64,000 bases of DNA from an uncultured Oscillospiraceae bacterium (lineage in GTDB: Bacteria; Bacillota; Clostridia; Oscillospirales; Oscillospiraceae). Below are positions 62,010-64,000 of the stretch, one piece after another; the stretch's first letter is position 1, and each line of letters begins with the position of its first letter. The stretch is from assembly GCA_947625845.1 (NCBI GenBank), contig CANQQB010000002.1:9122-73121 (forward strand), in the 5' to 3' direction. A program made the position numbers and the translations under genes. Under the pieces are notes generated by a model. The model saw only the letters and a list, made by a program, of their open reading frames with translations. It was not told the origin of the DNA and searched no databases.

Positions 62010-62822
62010 ATGAGACGGTTGGGGATTTGGCTTACCGCTTTGGCGGTCCTGCTGGGCTGTCTGGCCACATGCGGCGCTGCCGCCCCCACCGACGTGCCGG
62101 AGACGGTGGCGCTGCCCGCCGCTGTGGACGGCTGGCAGGACAGCTACCTGGCCTTTGTGGCCAACGATTACGATATCCTGGCCGCTCTGTGGCCTGACGG
62201 ACTGGGCGGCGTGGGGTTCATCGACCTGGACCTGGACGGCACGCCGGAGATGGTGGCCTTTGACCAGGGAGCCTCGGCGGCTCTGGGCGCGCAGATATTC
62301 GACCTGGCGGACGGACAGGTGTACTGCGTGTCCAGCACGCTGGACAGCGCCGCCGGCGCCTTTGACGACACGTATCTTTCCGGCGTGAGCGTGTGCACCA
62401 GCTTTTTTGAGTCCTTCCGCCTGAGCCGCACGCAGGACGGCTGGTGCTTCTGGGTGGACAGCTCCAACGGCACCGACCAGACCTCCTGGGACGAGATCGT
62501 CCGCTTCAACGGCCGGGACGGGGTGCTGGCGCCGGTGAGTACCTGCTACCGGTACCTGGAATTTGACCCGGTCAGCGGCGTGGTGGTCTCGGAGAGCTAC
62601 ACCGTGGCCGGCGCGGGCGCGGACGCCACGGCCTATCAGGCGGCGGCCGACGTGTACCAGGGCGCGCTGGACGCGGGCTATGAGGCCAAGGGCGTGTTTT
62701 TGTGGGATGACTACGACAGGTACAGCGCCGGCCGCGACGGGCTTTTGACCATGGTGAAGGATGCCCTGACGGCCTATGTCCCCATCACGGACACGGTGAC
62801 GTTGGCGTCGCCGGTGGAATAA
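62010..62822 (+). CDS. Hypothetical lipoprotein / secreted protein
   Basis: MRRLGIWLTALAVLLGCLATCG is a signal peptide with an LLGC lipobox-like site. GGAGGTGG SD upstream of ATG 62010. I recognise no domain. Confidence 0.6.
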   Translation: MRRLGIWLTALAVLLGCLATCGAAAPTDVPETVALPAAVDGWQDSYLAFVANDYDILAALWPDGLGGVGFIDLDLDGTPEMVAFDQGASAALGAQIFDLADGQVYCVSSTLDSAAGAFDDTYLSGVSVCTSFFESFRLSRTQDGWCFWVDSSNGTDQTSWDEIVRFNGRDGVLAPVSTCYRYLEFDPVSGVVVSESYTVAGAGADATAYQAAADVYQGALDAGYEAKGVFLWDDYDRYSAGRDGLLTMVKDALTAYVPITDTVTLASPVE

Positions 62823-62988
62823 AAGGTGTCCCCGGCTTACGCCGGGGACGCACCTTATCAAAAGCCCCCCTTGTCAAAGGGGGGTGCCCGCCATCGGCGG
62901 GCGGGGGGATTGTCCCCTCGCGCCGCAGCGCGGCCCCCTCTGACGAGGGGGCTGTCAGCGCCTTTGGCGCTGACTGGGGGAGAGAATC
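62823..62988. repeat. Extragenic repeat cluster, locus L (inverted GNRA hairpin + TTGTCAA-loop arm + TGAC-type right arm)
   Basis: AAGGTGTCCCCGGCTTACGCCGGGGACGCACC; AAAAGCCCCCCTTGTCAAAGGGGGGTGCCCGCCATCGGCGGGCGGGGGG; CCCCCTCTGACGAGGGGGCTGTCAGCGCCTTTGGCGCTGACTGGGGGAGAGA. Confidence 0.85.
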
Positions 62989-63020
62989 CCCAAAAATATT
63001 TGCTTTGCCCGGTTTGCCGC

Positions 63021-63049
63021 TTGCATTAGGCGCGGGAGCGCGCTATAAT
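63021..63049 (+). promoter_or_regulatory. Sigma-A type promoter of LRR gene 2
   Basis: TTGCAT (63021-63026), 17-nt spacer, TATAAT (63044-63049). Confidence 0.6.
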
Positions 63050-63055
63050 GGCATA

Positions 63056-63364
63056 AACGGAATAACAAAGGCGGGACTTGGAGCGGTTTGCGGCACTCCA
63101 AGCCCCTATGCAGGAGAATGGCTCTCTCCCACACAGCAGTTATCTGCGCCCAGCTCATTATACCCGTTTGCCTTCCTGTTTACAAGGGCGAAGCGGCGGG
63201 TATCACAGGCGCTGTGTCGCGGCCTTTCATGCGGTGTAGGGAATTTCTATCCCCTGCGCCGCTTTTGTTGTTCCGGCAGGAAAGCTCGGGGACGCGCAAG
63301 CGTCCTCCGAGCCGGTCCTGTCGTGAATGGGAACAACAAAATTTAAGAAAGGAAGGCACGAACC
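63056..63364 (+). promoter_or_regulatory. Long conserved 5' leader of LRR gene 2 (paralogue of 5587-5874)
   Basis: It aligns block by block with leader 1. First hairpin CTTGGAG...CTCCAAG (63077-63102). Internal terminator present. SD region TTAAGAAAGGAAGG. Confidence 0.55.
63231..63272 (+). terminator. Intrinsic terminator inside leader 2
   Basis: GCGGTGTAGGGA ... TCCCCTGCGCCGC followed by TTTTGTTGTT. Confidence 0.55.
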
Positions 63365-64000
63365 ATGGCAAAGCGCAGTTTATGTTTGCTCCTGGCGCTG
63401 GCGACGCTCTTTTCGCTGAGCGTCCCAGCGTTCGCGGAGGAAGCACCGGTCACAGCGGAGGACCCCGTCGTGACAGAAGAGCCCGTGGAGGCGGCGGAGG
63501 AAGTCGTCGAAGCGGCGGAAGAGCCGGTCATTGAACCGGAAGAAACAGTGGAGGCAACAGAAGAACCGGTCGTGACGGAAGAACCCGTTGAAGTCACGGA
63601 GGAACCGGCGGAACCGGAGGCCGAGCCGGAGACGGCGGCAGCCACCTCTGGCACCTGCGGTGAGAATTTGACCTGGGAAGTGAACGGCACCACTTTGATC
63701 ATCTCCGGCACGGGTCCGATGAGCGGTTATGAGAGTCCCGATTACGATTATGATGATGACGTAGTGTATTATGATACACCCTGGCCCCTTAGTATCACTG
63801 CGGTAGTCATTAATGACGGCGTGACCAGCATCGGTGTGAACGCGTTCGCGCAGTACAACGCGCTGGAGAGCGTGACGATCCCGGACAGTGTGACCTACAT
63901 CGGGTCCCGTGCGTTTAGTGGGTCGCGGTTGACAAGCGTGACGATCCCGAACGGCGTGACCAACATCGATGTCGGTGTGTTTGAGGACTGCGTTGCGCTG
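63365..64000 (+). CDS. Second BspA-like LRR surface protein (5' part; continues beyond the window)
   Basis: MAKRSLCLLLALATLFSLSVPAFAEEAPVTAEDPVVTEEP... is near-identical in its signal peptide to 5875. After a long acidic EEPV spacer comes TSGTCGENLTWEVNGTTLIISGTGPM, then LRR units (VTSIGVNAF...[18 protein letters not shown]). The frame is open to the window end. The track lists only the antisense ORF 63343..63711. Confidence 0.8.
   Translation, partial: MAKRSLCLLLALATLFSLSVPAFAEEAPVTAEDPVVTEEPVEAAEEVVEAAEEPVIEPEETVEATEEPVVTEEPVEVTEEPAEPEAEPETAAATSGTCGENLTWEVNGTTLIISGTGPMSGYESPDYDYDDDVVYYDTPWPLSITAVVINDGVTSIGVNAFAQYNALESVTIPDSVTYIGSRAFSGSRLTSVTIPNGVTNIDVGVFEDCVAL

Overview
This is a high-G+C, Firmicutes-type chromosomal segment. 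The lineage markers are AddAB, a T-box leader, a CIRCE operator, single-chain GlyQS and TsaE/B/D. I infer a Clostridia (Oscillospiraceae-like) gut anaerobe, which cannot be verified without a search.

I support about 55 protein genes.
- Housekeeping: addB-addA, rpmE, psuG, an AlaX-type editing protein, glyQS, polA, pcp, rimI-tsaD-vanZ-tsaE-tsaB, upp, htpG, cstA, apbE, a 3-methyladenine glycosylase and a Noc/ParB-like protein.
- Transport and glycan use: a T-box(Trp)-controlled ABC importer, and a GH20 / LplABC-type sugar ABC / GH38 alpha-mannosidase glycan locus.
- Surface proteins: two paralogous BspA-like LRR proteins.
- Other: four GNAT acetyltransferases, several regulators (LysR, AraC, XRE-TM) and some hypothetical membrane or secreted proteins.

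Accessory DNA is limited to decayed remnants. These are three IS3-family fragments, one IS1182-type fragment, a truncated GIY-YIG gene, a truncated XRE gene and two visibly AT-richer islets.

I found no intact multi-gene defence, secretion or biosynthetic system. Two things stand out.
1. A modular family of GC-rich multi-hairpin extragenic repeats occupies 12 intergenic loci (about 2.8 kb, roughly 4% of the window). Copies carry compensatory stem substitutions. One copy sits inside an operon. One supplies a gene's C-terminal tail and its neighbour's Shine-Dalgarno.
2. Both LRR genes have conserved ~300-nt leaders containing an intrinsic terminator. The 3' arm and U-tract of that terminator form an inverted repeat with the very 5' end of the leader. 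This could be an attenuator/riboswitch-like element or an invertible phase switch.

Everything was read by eye from the sequence and the ORF translations, and no searches were run. Non-CDS coordinates are approximate (+/- a few nt). Many long ORFs in the track are GC-driven shadow frames and were rejected.
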